From positions 1 to 64,000 of IMG/VR virus record IMGVR_UViG_3300037601_000024: DNA of 64,000 nt; one strand, given 5' to 3'. The notes below the pieces were generated by a model. The model ran no database searches. It was not told where the DNA came from and saw nothing but the letters and a program-made list of their open reading frames with translations. Position numbers and translations under genes: made by a program. This document shows positions 27,406 to 37,766 of the stretch, piece by piece (within the stretch, counting starts at the first letter, position 1; every line of letters begins with the position of its first letter). Origin of the DNA: a virus (taxonomy: Duplodnaviria; Caudoviricetes).

Positions 27406-29420
27406 AAATAACAAACGTAACAATCGAAAACTTCCTGGGGATTGGTACAGCAAAAATCAGTCTGCAAGATAAGGGACTGGTATTAGTCCAGGGACAAAAC
27501 TTAGACGATCCGTCGGCGGACTCCAACGGCTCCGGCAAGTCGTCTATGATCGATGCTGTGTTCTGGGGTCTCTACGGTAAGACCGCGCGTGGCCTTGGTG
27601 GTGACGATGTGATCAACCGAGTGATCGGCAAGCAGTGCGTCGTAACGATTGAGCTGGAAGACGGTACACAGACAGCGAAGATTACTCGCTGGAGAAAAGC
27701 CAAAGGTTTCCATAAGCGATCCGGCGTTGTTATCGAGATCAACGGTTCCGATTGCTCAGGCGGCACAGACGCACTTACACAAGCCGAGATCGACAAGGTT
27801 GTAGGTTGCAGCGAGCAAGTCTTCGCCGCCGCTGTCTACGCAGGACAGGAAGCGATGCCAGACATCCCTTCCCTCACCGATCGCCAGTTGAAGTCACTGA
27901 TCGAGGAAGCTGCCGGCATTGACCTGATCGAGGAAGCTTACGTCGTTGCGCGGGAGGTTGTTCGCGATGCACAGGAAGCGCAAGATAAGTTCTCCGACGC
28001 CTTAGACTTAGTTCGTTCATCGGTTGAACGCGTCGAGGGTCAGATAGCTACCGTCGAAGATGACATCGAAGGGTGGGAAAAGACACGCGAGTCTCGTGTG
28101 AAACAAGCTACGGATGAAGCTGCGGAACTGAAAACACGCGCCACCGACGTAAAGAAAGAAATCGCGGACTTCGACGAAAAGGGAATCAACGATCAAATCA
28201 AAAAGATCGACGACGAGATATCGGCTTTGGATGAGCAAATGCAGGAGATCGATAAAGAGATCGCCGGCGTTTCCGAAGAGAACGAGAAGGCTCGCAAACT
28301 TGGTGAAGACGTTTTAAACGCACGTCACTTATTCGACGACGCGACCAAAACCGCAAAACGGATCGCCGAGACATTCAAGAAACAGAAGAGCAAGTTTGAA
28401 AACGTCGAGTCTCAAGTCGGCGAACCTTGTGGTGAATGCGGCAAGCTCACGACTGAAGAAGACTTGGCTGATGTGAAAGCGAATCTGAAAGAGACTTTGC
28501 GCGAGCTAAAGGAAACGTATGAAGGCGCTCGCGATGACGCCGCTGATCTAAAAGCTAAATTGGAAGAGTGTGAGACCGCGCGCGATGAATTCGAAGCGCA
28601 ACGCACCGACATTAGCGCACAGCAAGCGCAGCAGCGCGAGTTAACTTCTAAACAGCGCGATCTTACCTCTGACAAAAACAAGCTCTCAGCGACGCTCTCT
28701 GAGCTTCCCAGACTGAAGGATCGATATTCCAATTTGAAGGAGCGTTTCGATGCGAAGCGTCAGGACATCAAGAAGCTCAAGGAAGAGAAAAACCCGCACG
28801 GAAAATCCCTCGATCGTTACAAGACGGAACTGGTCGAAGCTCAAAAGGCGGTCGAAGAGAAAGAAGTTGAATACGCCAATGCGGCGGAACATCTGGTGGT
28901 CGCCAAAGCGGCAGCGCAGGTCTTTGGACCTAAAGGCGTCCGAGCGCACATTCTTGATACCGTCACACCTTTCCTCAACGATCGCACGGCTCACTACCTA
29001 AGCACGTTGTCAGACGGCTCTCTCGAAGCGATCTGGTCAACGCTGACCGAAGGACGCGACGGCGAGCTGAAAGAAAAGTTCACAATCGGCGTGGAGAAGT
29101 ATGGAACAGGTACGTTCGCATCACTTTCCGGCGGTGAGAAGCGGAAGGTTAGACTAGCGACTACCCTCGCCTTGCAGGACTTGGTTGCGTCACGTGCGAC
29201 CAAGCCAATCAATCTATGGATCGGTGACGAAATCGATACCGCGTTGGATCCCGCAGGACTGGAGCGTCTTATGACGCTACTGGAAATGAAAGCGCGTGAA
29301 AAAGGTACGGTTCTAATCGTGTCTCACCACGACCTGAAGGATTGGGTGCGCGACACGGTTGTCGTCACGATGGAAGACAAAGCAGCAAGAGTGGAGGGAG
29401 TTCTATGTCCAGTCCCCTAA
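27402..29420 (+). CDS. sbcC: SbcC/Rad50 (gp46-like) SMC ATPase
   Basis: NGSGKSS Walker A, coiled coils, CGEC zinc hook, LSGGE signature, IGDEID, VSH; GTG start overlapping the HNH stop. Confidence 0.9.
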   Translation: MKITNVTIENFLGIGTAKISLQDKGLVLVQGQNLDDPSADSNGSGKSSMIDAVFWGLYGKTARGLGGDDVINRVIGKQCVVTIELEDGTQTAKITRWRKAKGFHKRSGVVIEINGSDCSGGTDALTQAEIDKVVGCSEQVFAAAVYAGQEAMPDIPSLTDRQLKSLIEEAAGIDLIEEAYVVAREVVRDAQEAQDKFSDALDLVRSSVERVEGQIATVEDDIEGWEKTRESRVKQATDEAAELKTRATDVKKEIADFDEKGINDQIKKIDDEISALDEQMQEIDKEIAGVSEENEKARKLGEDVLNARHLFDDATKTAKRIAETFKKQKSKFENVESQVGEPCGECGKLTTEEDLADVKANLKETLRELKETYEGARDDAADLKAKLEECETARDEFEAQRTDISAQQAQQRELTSKQRDLTSDKNKLSATLSELPRLKDRYSNLKERFDAKRQDIKKLKEEKNPHGKSLDRYKTELVEAQKAVEEKEVEYANAAEHLVVAKAAAQVFGPKGVRAHILDTVTPFLNDRTAHYLSTLSDGSLEAIWSTLTEGRDGELKEKFTIGVEKYGTGTFASLSGGEKRKVRLATTLALQDLVASRATKPINLWIGDEIDTALDPAGLERLMTLLEMKAREKGTVLIVSHHDLKDWVRDTVVVTMEDKAARVEGVLCPVP

Positions 29421-29746
29421 AAGGAAAATACATCTGCTTCACTGGTAAGCTGGATGACTTCACACGAGCCGATCTCGAGGAAATGGCTGAAGAGTACGGC
29501 TTCACGTTCATGAATAGCGTGACCAAGTCGACCGACATTTTGGTGAAGGGTGAAAAGCCAGGAAAGACCAAGGTCGATAAAGCGTTTAATCAGGGTGTGC
29601 GTATCATCAGCGCCGAGGATTTTCTTCATCTACTGATGGCCAACGATGATCTAGGTCTTCCAGAGCCGAAGGTGAAGGAAACCAAGACACAAAAGAAAGA
29701 GCGCCTTGGTTACTACGAGCAACACGAGCAAGCCGGAATCTTTTAA
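29405..29746 (+). CDS. Stand-alone BRCT-domain protein with shared C-terminal tag
   Basis: LKGKYICFTGKL..TRADL...G.TF.NSVTKSTDILV.GEKPG.TKVDKA...GVRII is a LigA-type BRCT pattern. Confidence 0.8.
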   Translation: MSSPLKGKYICFTGKLDDFTRADLEEMAEEYGFTFMNSVTKSTDILVKGEKPGKTKVDKAFNQGVRIISAEDFLHLLMANDDLGLPEPKVKETKTQKKERLGYYEQHEQAGIF

Positions 29747-29752
29747 CAGTCA

Positions 29753-30457
29753 TTGTTGACTATGAAGACAATCGAATGGAACGCCGGAGTGAAGATACTG
29801 AGTCCGGTCAACGCGCACCACTTATCAGGGATAGACGAAATGGAAGGATATCACGGCAGCACTGGTCGATCTACGGATTTAGGTATCTTTGACGAGGTAG
29901 CTGAAGCGCACGCGACCGGCTTCAAAGACGAGACTGCCGAAGAGCCGCACGCGTTCTCCTACCAGGCCGACCTTGTCGAACTGGACAAGCTGTTTGGCGA
30001 ATTGCCTGGTGAACATGCCGATGTGTTCGTTTCCGCGATCCTCTGGGACGAAGAGCAAGACGCACGAACCGGCGAGTCTATTCGGATCGCTCCCGGTGAG
30101 TTGCTGGTCCCCTATCGCCTGCGCCTGGGTAATAAGGGTCAGCTTCAGTTCCTTGTGTGGTGGAGCCGCGAAGAAGGACATCGTGCACCGTTGGTCGTGA
30201 ACCGATCAACTTTGGAAGACCTTCTGCCAGCGACCTATGCCAAGCTGGAAGAGAAATTCCTGCAACACAATAGCCGACTGATCTACCTGCTCGAACGAGA
30301 GAATAAGGCGGTGATCGGATCACGAAATCGCGTGATCGAAAGTCTCAATACGGCGATCAAGACGCGCTCCGAAGTGGACCTGCTCAAAGAGATGCAGCGC
30401 CGCGAAGAAGAGCGCACTCAGTCTTACGCAGACGATGACCGCGCGGGGATGTTCTGA
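29753..30457 (+). CDS. Hypothetical protein with shared C-terminal tag
   Basis: Ends EERTQSYADDDRAGMF; start may be ATG 29762. Confidence 0.65.
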   Translation: MLTMKTIEWNAGVKILSPVNAHHLSGIDEMEGYHGSTGRSTDLGIFDEVAEAHATGFKDETAEEPHAFSYQADLVELDKLFGELPGEHADVFVSAILWDEEQDARTGESIRIAPGELLVPYRLRLGNKGQLQFLVWWSREEGHRAPLVVNRSTLEDLLPATYAKLEEKFLQHNSRLIYLLERENKAVIGSRNRVIESLNTAIKTRSEVDLLKEMQRREEERTQSYADDDRAGMF

Positions 30458-30708
30458 TGGACCCCGATTACGCTGAAATGTTCTATCCCGAATACATCGA
30501 CCTGGGGCAAGGCAGAAGACTTCCTGCCGGCGCCATGACGTTCGACGCCAGGAAGAAAATGCTGCTCGATTTAATAAACGGCGGCGGACTGTCTAAAGAC
30601 GCACTAGAGGCTCTGCTCGAACAGACGAAGAATATCGAGATCGTCGAAGATGAGAAAGACGTTCGCCAGCGACACATCGACAACGATGAGATGGCGGGGA
30701 TGTTCTGA
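30457..30708 (+). CDS. Hypothetical protein with shared C-terminal tag
   Basis: TGATG coupling; ends VRQRHIDNDEMAGMF. Confidence 0.65.
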   Translation: MDPDYAEMFYPEYIDLGQGRRLPAGAMTFDARKKMLLDLINGGGLSKDALEALLEQTKNIEIVEDEKDVRQRHIDNDEMAGMF

Positions 30709-31049
30709 TGGCCGCACTCTCAAAAGGCCAATTGGACGTACTTCTTAGTAATCCAGGCAATCGCGATTTTTACGACAAGCTCTTCGAAGACATGAAAGAG
30801 GCTTCGACTCTTTCTGATCTTCTGACGAAGCCGATCAAGCACGAACCCGCCGTGTTTTGGGTCGATGAAGCGCACGAATTTGAGAACGAGCGTGAGTACA
30901 CCTGGCCATCCTTTCAAGATCGCTGGCATATCGACACGTTTCGCAGAGAAGAAATAAAGCGCTCATACGCAGCCGAGCTTGAAGAAAGCCGCAAGGTCAA
31001 AGAACGCACAGATTTTTACGAAAACCAAGAAGACGCAGGAGCATTCTAA
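30708..31049 (+). CDS. Hypothetical protein with shared C-terminal tag
   Basis: TGATG coupling; ends ERTDFYENQEDAGAF. Confidence 0.65.
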   Translation: MAALSKGQLDVLLSNPGNRDFYDKLFEDMKEASTLSDLLTKPIKHEPAVFWVDEAHEFENEREYTWPSFQDRWHIDTFRREEIKRSYAAELEESRKVKERTDFYENQEDAGAF

Positions 31050-31050
31050 A

Positions 31051-31635
31051 ATGAAAATAACAATAGCCGGGATTGATCCAGCGTTGGCCAATTTCGGTCT
31101 GGCCAAAGTGGAGTATGACCTTGAGACAGATACCTTCTCGCCAATCGCCATCAAACTTGTCCAAACTGAAAAGCGAACTGGGAAGACGGTTCGACAAAAC
31201 TCCGATGATATCCGGCGTGCTTCAGAGCTGTGCAGCGGTATGCACGACTGGATCAAAGACTGCCATGTCGTCTTCGCGGAAATTCCAACCGGATCGCAGA
31301 GCGCTCGGGGAGCCTTCTCCAATGGAACCTGCCTCGGGATACTGGCAAGTATTGGAAAGAGCACTGGTTATAGTGGACGACTCATCCAAGTTCTCCCACA
31401 CGAAGTTAAACTGGCCGCCGTTGGTTCCAAGCACGCCTCTAAAAGCGAGATGATCGAGTGGGGTTATGAACTCTATCCCGAACTTGATTGGTTCATGCAC
31501 CGAGGAAAGCCGCAGAATAAGAACGAGCACATGGCCGATGCTCTCGCGTCAATCCACGCCGGATTGATGACCGACGAATTCGCCAATCTCGCACAGTCGC
31601 TGAATTTGATCGTCAAAACTCAAAATCAAGACTAA
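31051..31635 (+). CDS. ruvC: RuvC-like Holliday junction resolvase
   Basis: IAGIDPALANFG, FAE, P.EVKLAAVG...ASKSEM, HMADALA. Confidence 0.82.
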   Translation: MKITIAGIDPALANFGLAKVEYDLETDTFSPIAIKLVQTEKRTGKTVRQNSDDIRRASELCSGMHDWIKDCHVVFAEIPTGSQSARGAFSNGTCLGILASIGKSTGYSGRLIQVLPHEVKLAAVGSKHASKSEMIEWGYELYPELDWFMHRGKPQNKNEHMADALASIHAGLMTDEFANLAQSLNLIVKTQNQD

Positions 31636-31705
31636 AATTGTAAGTCATTTTTGACTATCATATTAGGTTCGCTCTAATACTCGAACTCACAAAATAAGGT
31701 ATCCA

Positions 31706-33550
31706 ATGTCGGAACTCGAAACCTTCCGTGGCAGAACGCGCTGCGGGAAAGAAAGAACAATTGTCCTCAATAACGCACGTGACGCCAACCTGACCGAATT
31801 CGGTAAAGTCACACTCCAAGATCGCTACCTTCTGCCAGGCGAGTCGTATCAGCGCCTTTTCGGCCGCGTTGCAGCCGCCTACTCCAAGAGCCAGGAACAC
31901 GCTCAACGCCTCTACGATTACATGTCCAAGCTGTGGTTCATGCCGGCCACTCCAGTTCTGTCGAACGGTGGCACCGATCGCGGTATGCCAATCTCGTGCT
32001 TCCTGAACAGCGTCGAAGACTCGCTGGAAGGCATCTCGGAAACTTGGAATGAAAACGTCTGGCTCGCGGCGCGTGGTGGCGGTATTGGAACCTACTGGGG
32101 CAACGTCCGCTCAATCGGTGAGAAGATCGGTGAAGTTGGCGAGACCTCCGGCGTTATCCCGTTCATTAAAGTGCAGGACTCGCTCACCCTCGGCATCTCG
32201 CAAGGTTCACTCCGGCGCGGCTCCGCAGCGGTCTACCTCGACGTTGACCATCCAGAGATTGAAGAGTTCATCGAAATCCGCCTTCCGACTGGCGATCCAA
32301 ACCGACGCTCTCTGAACATCCATCACGGCGTGAACATCTCCGACGCGTTCATGGAAGCGGTGAAAGCCGGTGACATGTGGGATTTGAAATCTCCGCGCAC
32401 TGGTGAAGTGGTCAAGTCCGTTCCGGCACGGAATATCTGGACCAAGATGCTCCAGACCAGGCTGAAGTCAGGCGAGCCGTACATGCTCTTCGTCGATACG
32501 GTGAACCGCGCCATTCCGGAGCATCAAAAGCAGCTCGGACTGAAGGTGACACAGTCAAACCTTTGTTCAGAGATCACGCTGCCGACCGGCATTGATCACC
32601 TTGGCAACGATCGCACGGCTGTGTGCTGCCTGTCTTCGCTGAACGCGGAGAAGTTCTTTGAGTGGGAAGGCGACTCTCAGTTCCTTTCCGACGTGCTCCT
32701 GTTCGCCGACGAGGTGTTGCAAGACTTCATCGACCGCACCGATGGCGTCACTGGATTTGAGAAGGCGCGTTACTCTGCGATGCGTGAGCGGTCCATCGGC
32801 ATTGGATTGATGGGTTTCCATTCGCTGCTTCAGTCGATGAATGTGCCGATGGAAGGTCCGATCGCCAAGTCGATGAACCGTAAGATTTGGCGCTGGATGA
32901 AAGAGACCGGTGATCAGGTTAACCTCGTGGCCGGCCACAAGTACGGTCCATGTCCGGATGCTGAAGACGCCGGACTGTCGAAGCGATGGTCAAACATGTT
33001 CTCGATCGCGCCAACCGCATCGATCTCCATTATCTGCGGCACGACTTCGCCTTGTATAGAGCCGTTCTCCACGAACATCTTTACCCAGAAGACGCTCTCT
33101 GGCTCGTTCACGGTGAAGAACAAATATCTCGACGCCTTGCTGCGCGAAAGAGCCGAAGAGGTCGGCCACGATGACGCGTGGGTCGAAGGTTCATGGCAGA
33201 TCATCCTCGCAGATGAAGGGTCGGTACGAAAGATCGCCGAACTGAGCGATCTTGAGAAGGACGTGTTCAAGACGGCGTTTGAGATCGATCAACGTTGGCT
33301 GCTGGAACATGCGGCCGACCGCGCTCCGTTTATCTGCCAGGCGGCGTCCAACAACCTGTTCCTCCCCGGCGACGTGAACGCTCGGGATCTTCACTACCTG
33401 CACTTCGGAGCATGGGAGAAGGGAATCAAATCTCTCTACTATTGCCGCTCTAAGTCTATCCAGCGCGCCACAAGTGTCGGTCATGTTGCTGGCGAAATGC
33501 CAGAGCCGGAACAGCAAACCCAATATGATGTGTGCCTCGCATGTCAGTAG
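31706..33550 (+). CDS. nrdA: Ribonucleotide reductase class Ia alpha
   Basis: PATPVLSN, PISCFL, GGGIG, QGSLRRGSA, SNLCSEI, IAPTASIS, KSLYYCRS, C-terminal CxxC. Confidence 0.95.
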   Translation: MSELETFRGRTRCGKERTIVLNNARDANLTEFGKVTLQDRYLLPGESYQRLFGRVAAAYSKSQEHAQRLYDYMSKLWFMPATPVLSNGGTDRGMPISCFLNSVEDSLEGISETWNENVWLAARGGGIGTYWGNVRSIGEKIGEVGETSGVIPFIKVQDSLTLGISQGSLRRGSAAVYLDVDHPEIEEFIEIRLPTGDPNRRSLNIHHGVNISDAFMEAVKAGDMWDLKSPRTGEVVKSVPARNIWTKMLQTRLKSGEPYMLFVDTVNRAIPEHQKQLGLKVTQSNLCSEITLPTGIDHLGNDRTAVCCLSSLNAEKFFEWEGDSQFLSDVLLFADEVLQDFIDRTDGVTGFEKARYSAMRERSIGIGLMGFHSLLQSMNVPMEGPIAKSMNRKIWRWMKETGDQVNLVAGHKYGPCPDAEDAGLSKRWSNMFSIAPTASISIICGTTSPCIEPFSTNIFTQKTLSGSFTVKNKYLDALLRERAEEVGHDDAWVEGSWQIILADEGSVRKIAELSDLEKDVFKTAFEIDQRWLLEHAADRAPFICQAASNNLFLPGDVNARDLHYLHFGAWEKGIKSLYYCRSKSIQRATSVGHVAGEMPEPEQQTQYDVCLACQ

Positions 33551-33649
33551 GGACAACATAAGCGAAAATGACGTTCCCAACGATATTTAGGTTGTAATTT
33601 CAACCTCAATATGTTCTCTCTTTGTTCCATTTTTCATAAGGATAATTGT

Positions 33650-34633
33650 ATGTCAGGACTGACAACTCCCCAAGACGGTTACAAACCGTTCCGTTACCCG
33701 CAAGCTTACGAGTTCTGGAAACGCCAGCAGCAAACGCACTGGCTCCCAGAAGAAGTTCCAATGGCGGATGATGTGAAGGACTTCCACCAGAAGTTAACGC
33801 CGGCAGAGGTGAACCTGCTCACCCAGATTTTCCGGTTCTTCACTCAAGGCGACGTGGAGGTGAACGACTGTTATCATCGCCACTATCTCAGCACGTTCAA
33901 ACCGACTGAGATCGTGATGATGCTGACGGCATTTGCTAACATGGAAACCATCCACGTCGCCGCCTATTCTCACCTGCTCGATACGGTCGGAATGCCAGAA
34001 AGCGAATACGCCGCATTCCTCGACTACGAAGAGATGAAGGCCAAGCACGACTATCTTCAGCAGTTCAACGCCGACGATCCGTATGAGCTTGCTAAGACGA
34101 TGGCCGTGTTCGGTGCATTTACAGAAGGATTACAACTGTTTGCCAGCTTCGCGATCCTTCTGAACTTTCCACGCTGGAACCGGATGAAGGGTATGGGACA
34201 GATCGTGACATGGTCCGTTCGCGATGAGTCTCTGCACTGCGAAGGTGTCATGTGGCTGTTCCATAAATGGCTGGAAGAACACCCCGAAATCGACCGCACT
34301 CTTTTGGGTGTGGAGCTGCGCATGGCTTGCCAGGAAATCGTGAAGATCGAAGACGCCTTTATCGACCTTGCATTCGAGATGGGTCCGGTGCGCGGTCTGG
34401 AGGCGTCGGAAGTCAAAGAGTACATCCGATACATCGCCGACATGCGTATGGGTGGCCTCGGATACAAGCCTATCTACGGCATTGAAAAGAACCCCCTCCC
34501 CTGGTTGGCGGAAATCCTGAACGGCGTGGAGCACGCGAACTTCTTTGAGGCTCGTGCGACCGAATACTCCAAAAGCGGAATGACCGGTGATTTTGCCGAT
34601 GTGTTCCGGGAAATGGACGGGAATAATACGTAA
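33650..34633 (+). CDS. nrdB: Ribonucleotide reductase class Ia beta
   Basis: HWLPEEVPM..D, FFTQGD, ETIHVAAYS, FTEGLQLFASF, VRDESLH, NFFE..ATEY. Confidence 0.95.
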   Translation: MSGLTTPQDGYKPFRYPQAYEFWKRQQQTHWLPEEVPMADDVKDFHQKLTPAEVNLLTQIFRFFTQGDVEVNDCYHRHYLSTFKPTEIVMMLTAFANMETIHVAAYSHLLDTVGMPESEYAAFLDYEEMKAKHDYLQQFNADDPYELAKTMAVFGAFTEGLQLFASFAILLNFPRWNRMKGMGQIVTWSVRDESLHCEGVMWLFHKWLEEHPEIDRTLLGVELRMACQEIVKIEDAFIDLAFEMGPVRGLEASEVKEYIRYIADMRMGGLGYKPIYGIEKNPLPWLAEILNGVEHANFFEARATEYSKSGMTGDFADVFREMDGNNT

Positions 34634-34742
34634 TTGTTGACAATTATTCGGACGCGGTGTCTAACTGTCTCACGAACTATAACACCGCGTCAGACGGTGC
34701 TCCCAAAAACTAAACTCGAAACAAAATAGAGGTACAATTTAC

Positions 34743-35630
34743 ATGACAATTAGCAGCCGACTCATCACCGCTCCCACGGTGGTGCCAATCGCCTGGTCTA
34801 AGATCGACTATTCCGCGCTCTTGGCGTGGTCCGCGTCTCAGGAACTCGTTGACGTGGCATTGGATGAACAAACCCCACTTGGAAAGATTGCATCAAGCGT
34901 CGCCGTAGAACGCAGCACTCATCAAACCGGTGCGAAGCCAGAATTCTCCAGCATCGACTTGCTGCCAGAACTCGCAGGGCGCTTCTGCTACGGTTCCTGG
35001 CGTAAAGGTCGATCCACACCAGCGTACTACGAAAACATCCGCGAAGAAGGCCACGGTTCGATCCTCGAACATGCGAACATCACGCTCGCAATCTCCGGCG
35101 TCTCTCGTTCGCTGACGCATGAGCTGGTCCGTCACCGCGCAGGTTTCGCAATCAGCCAAGAGTCTCAGCGCTACGTGAACGCGAACGACATTAAGTTCGT
35201 TGTCCCTCCCCTGCTGCTGCACATCGCTCGTAGCAACCTGTCCGGCTCAGAGCTGGAAGATTGGTTCCAAAATCAGAATGCCGCGCTGGAAGCGTATGAA
35301 TCTGATCAGGCGCTCTATCAGGAAATCTTGGAAGCGGACGGCTTCGCCGGTCACACTCGCAAGAAGCGTGCGAACGAAGCGGCGCGTGCGCAGCTTCCCA
35401 ATGCTGTTGAGACCAAGCTGATCTGGACTGGCAACATTCGTTCGCTACGCCACTTCCTCGCGACACGCGGCGGTGCAGGTGCGGACTTGGAAATCCGTCG
35501 TCTGGCGATCGAGGTTCTTCGCGCTTGCGAAATGCTGGCTCCAGAGAACTTCATGGATATCGAGACTGTGGACGCCACTGACGGCGACTTCGGTGTCGGA
35601 ACCATCGTCGCAACCAACCCAAAGGTGTAG
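34743..35630 (+). CDS. thyX: FAD-dependent thymidylate synthase
   Basis: GRFCY, GHGSILEH, THELVRHRAGFAISQESQRYV (RHRx7SxR), EAARAQLP. Confidence 0.93.
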   Translation: MTISSRLITAPTVVPIAWSKIDYSALLAWSASQELVDVALDEQTPLGKIASSVAVERSTHQTGAKPEFSSIDLLPELAGRFCYGSWRKGRSTPAYYENIREEGHGSILEHANITLAISGVSRSLTHELVRHRAGFAISQESQRYVNANDIKFVVPPLLLHIARSNLSGSELEDWFQNQNAALEAYESDQALYQEILEADGFAGHTRKKRANEAARAQLPNAVETKLIWTGNIRSLRHFLATRGGAGADLEIRRLAIEVLRACEMLAPENFMDIETVDATDGDFGVGTIVATNPKV

Positions 35631-35633
35631 CGT

Positions 35634-36107
35634 ATGTTCCGATTTATCGTGGAAGACCCACGTGTGATCGACTCACACACCGGCCGAGTTAAGCAGTTCT
35701 TGCGAGGCTCAAACAGTGCGGCAGGTTTTGACCTCGTCGCGTGGCCGAAAGAACCCGTCGTGCTGCAAGCTGGTGCGCCAGCGCGGCTCATCCCTCTCGG
35801 CGTGAAGCTCTTCATTGAAGACCCTTCCTACTTCGGCGCGATCTATCCGCGCTCCGGTAAGGGTCACAAGGAAGGTCTGGTGATGGGCAACAGCACCGGC
35901 ATCATCGACGCGGATTACCAAGGCGATCTGTTCGTGTCTGCTCTGAACCGAAACCAGAACGGCTACGCACCGATCCGGATTAATCCCGGCGATCGCATCG
36001 CGCAGATCGTGTTCCAGCGCTACCTGGCGCCAGAACTGATGCGCGTTGACAACTTTGAAACTGAAACATCGCGCGGAGCCGGCGGCTTCGGCTCAACTGG
36101 GGTATAA
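35634..36107 (+). CDS. dut: Trimeric dUTPase
   Basis: AAGFDL, PRSG, GIIDADYQG, GDRIAQ, RGAGGFGSTG. Confidence 0.95.
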   Translation: MFRFIVEDPRVIDSHTGRVKQFLRGSNSAAGFDLVAWPKEPVVLQAGAPARLIPLGVKLFIEDPSYFGAIYPRSGKGHKEGLVMGNSTGIIDADYQGDLFVSALNRNQNGYAPIRINPGDRIAQIVFQRYLAPELMRVDNFETETSRGAGGFGSTGV

Positions 36108-36111
36108 GGGA

Positions 36112-36795
36112 ATGGAAGAACTTCTCGAAGACGGCATGTATGAAGATGTCGATTATGTTCCGAGTCCGCCAATCAGTGCGCTCGGAATGGGTCTCACCGG
36201 ATCGCACCGAACCGGAAAGACCACGCTCGTTAAAACGCTCTCAGAGATCAACGAGGCGCCTATTGCGCTATCGTCCGCGTCTGCGGTCGCTGAAGAGATG
36301 GGTATCGATCTAACGAAGCCTCTCTCATTTGAGCTCCGCTTGGCTTTTCAGGAACGGCTGCTGACCGCCTATGAGCAACTTTACGCCAGCTATGACTGTC
36401 TGTTCTTTGCAGATCGGACGCCGCTCGATCTTGCCGCCTATCTGATTGCAGATGTGCCGAATGATCTCACCGACGAGAGTGTCATCCAGCGGGTTGGCGA
36501 GTACGTCGAGCGCTGTATGGCGGTGACAGAGATCTTTTTCTGTCAGGTGACGATGGTTCAGCCGGGTATCGAGTATGTGCCGGAGCCAGGTAAGCCGCTT
36601 CCGAACTCGGCCTATCAGGAAGCCATCAACACGATCATCCTCGGACTTCTCTACGATGACCGCCTTGAGGTGAACTTCGACGTTCTGCCGCGACAGTTGA
36701 CTGACCACAATGAGAGAATCCGGTGGATCTCGACCCAAGGTCAGCGAACAATGGCAGAATTCATCGCGAAAGTGCGTGAATTGCCAAGCTGCTAG
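36112..36795 (+). CDS. P-loop NMP-kinase-like protein (AAA_28-like)
   Basis: GLTGSHRTGKTT and DRTPLD motifs; follows thyX and dut. Confidence 0.65.
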   Translation: MEELLEDGMYEDVDYVPSPPISALGMGLTGSHRTGKTTLVKTLSEINEAPIALSSASAVAEEMGIDLTKPLSFELRLAFQERLLTAYEQLYASYDCLFFADRTPLDLAAYLIADVPNDLTDESVIQRVGEYVERCMAVTEIFFCQVTMVQPGIEYVPEPGKPLPNSAYQEAINTIILGLLYDDRLEVNFDVLPRQLTDHNERIRWISTQGQRTMAEFIAKVRELPSC

Positions 36796-36861
36796 CATTT
36801 TCCCAGTTGCGTTATTGTCAGTCATATGTGACTAATAATAACGCAACGGAGGATATACCGA

Positions 36862-37116
36862 GTGATTCAATCGCCTTCCAACCAGATATTGCCTGACGAG
36901 CAATACGAGTTAACGGCAGAACTAGAGCGGAAATATTTAGAGGCTCTGGCCAATGTTTTGGCGAAGTATGAAGCAGGCGATATCACACTAGATGCAATGA
37001 TGACGGCATTCGAGGCAGTCTACATCACTGTATCTGGACTAGTTAACTGGGACGATCTAAACGAAATCATGCAAGAATTCAATCAATATACTAGGCAGGG
37101 AGCCAAAGCAGCATGA
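36862..37116 (+). CDS. Hypothetical protein
   Basis: GTG start after ACGGAGG, downstream of a 22-bp motif. Confidence 0.5.
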   Translation: MIQSPSNQILPDEQYELTAELERKYLEALANVLAKYEAGDITLDAMMTAFEAVYITVSGLVNWDDLNEIMQEFNQYTRQGAKAA

Positions 37117-37682
37117 TTAAGACTATTGGCGGACTCGACTTTGAAACCACAGGTCTGCTCACGCCAGAACACCGGATCATTGAAGCATGTCTGATCACAT
37201 ATCGGTTCGACACGTCTCAGCCGGAGCTGAACAAGATCAAGCAAGAATTCACGCAGCGGATCGATCCCCAACGGAGCATCACTCCGAAGAGCCAGGAGGT
37301 TCATGGGATCACCGCTGCGGACCTGAAGGGTGAGCCGACCTTTGACGTGGTTGGTCCGGTGCTCTCCGATCTTTGTAACGAGTGCGACATTGTCGTGGCT
37401 CACAATGGAATGGACTTCGACTTCCCATTCCTGATCCAAGAACTGGATCGGATCGGCCATGAGCTACCGGAGTTCGAGCCTTTCGACACGATGACGGAAG
37501 GACGGTGGGCGACACCATTCGGTGAAGTCCCCTCCCTCCAAAAACTCTGCTTCACATGCGGGGTCGATTACGATCCGGCCGAAGCACACGCCGCGCGCTA
37601 TGACGTGGTGAAGATGATGGACTGTTTCTTCTGGGGTGTGCAGCACGGCCACTTCCGGATCGGGAGCGAAGAAAAGGTTTGA
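37113..37682 (+). CDS. DEDDh 3'-5' exonuclease (DnaQ/epsilon-like)
   Basis: LDFETTG, AHNGMDFD, DTM, AHAARYD. Confidence 0.88.
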   Translation: MIKTIGGLDFETTGLLTPEHRIIEACLITYRFDTSQPELNKIKQEFTQRIDPQRSITPKSQEVHGITAADLKGEPTFDVVGPVLSDLCNECDIVVAHNGMDFDFPFLIQELDRIGHELPEFEPFDTMTEGRWATPFGEVPSLQKLCFTCGVDYDPAEAHAARYDVVKMMDCFFWGVQHGHFRIGSEEKV

Positions 37683-37766
37683 CGCGCGTTGGACCAAGGC
37701 AGGTTGAGTGTGGTACAATAACGGTGCCTCTGTTTTGCTACGCAAGTACCAAAATGGGAACTCAAC

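Noticed and set aside
29860-29910. GIFDEVA as a terminase or helicase Walker B
   Set aside because: No Walker A or other motor motifs in the ORF
8981-34633. Inteins or group I introns in dnaB, dnaE, recA, nrdA or nrdB
   Set aside because: Catalytic motifs are contiguous at normal spacing; no splice motifs or LAGLIDADG inserts seen
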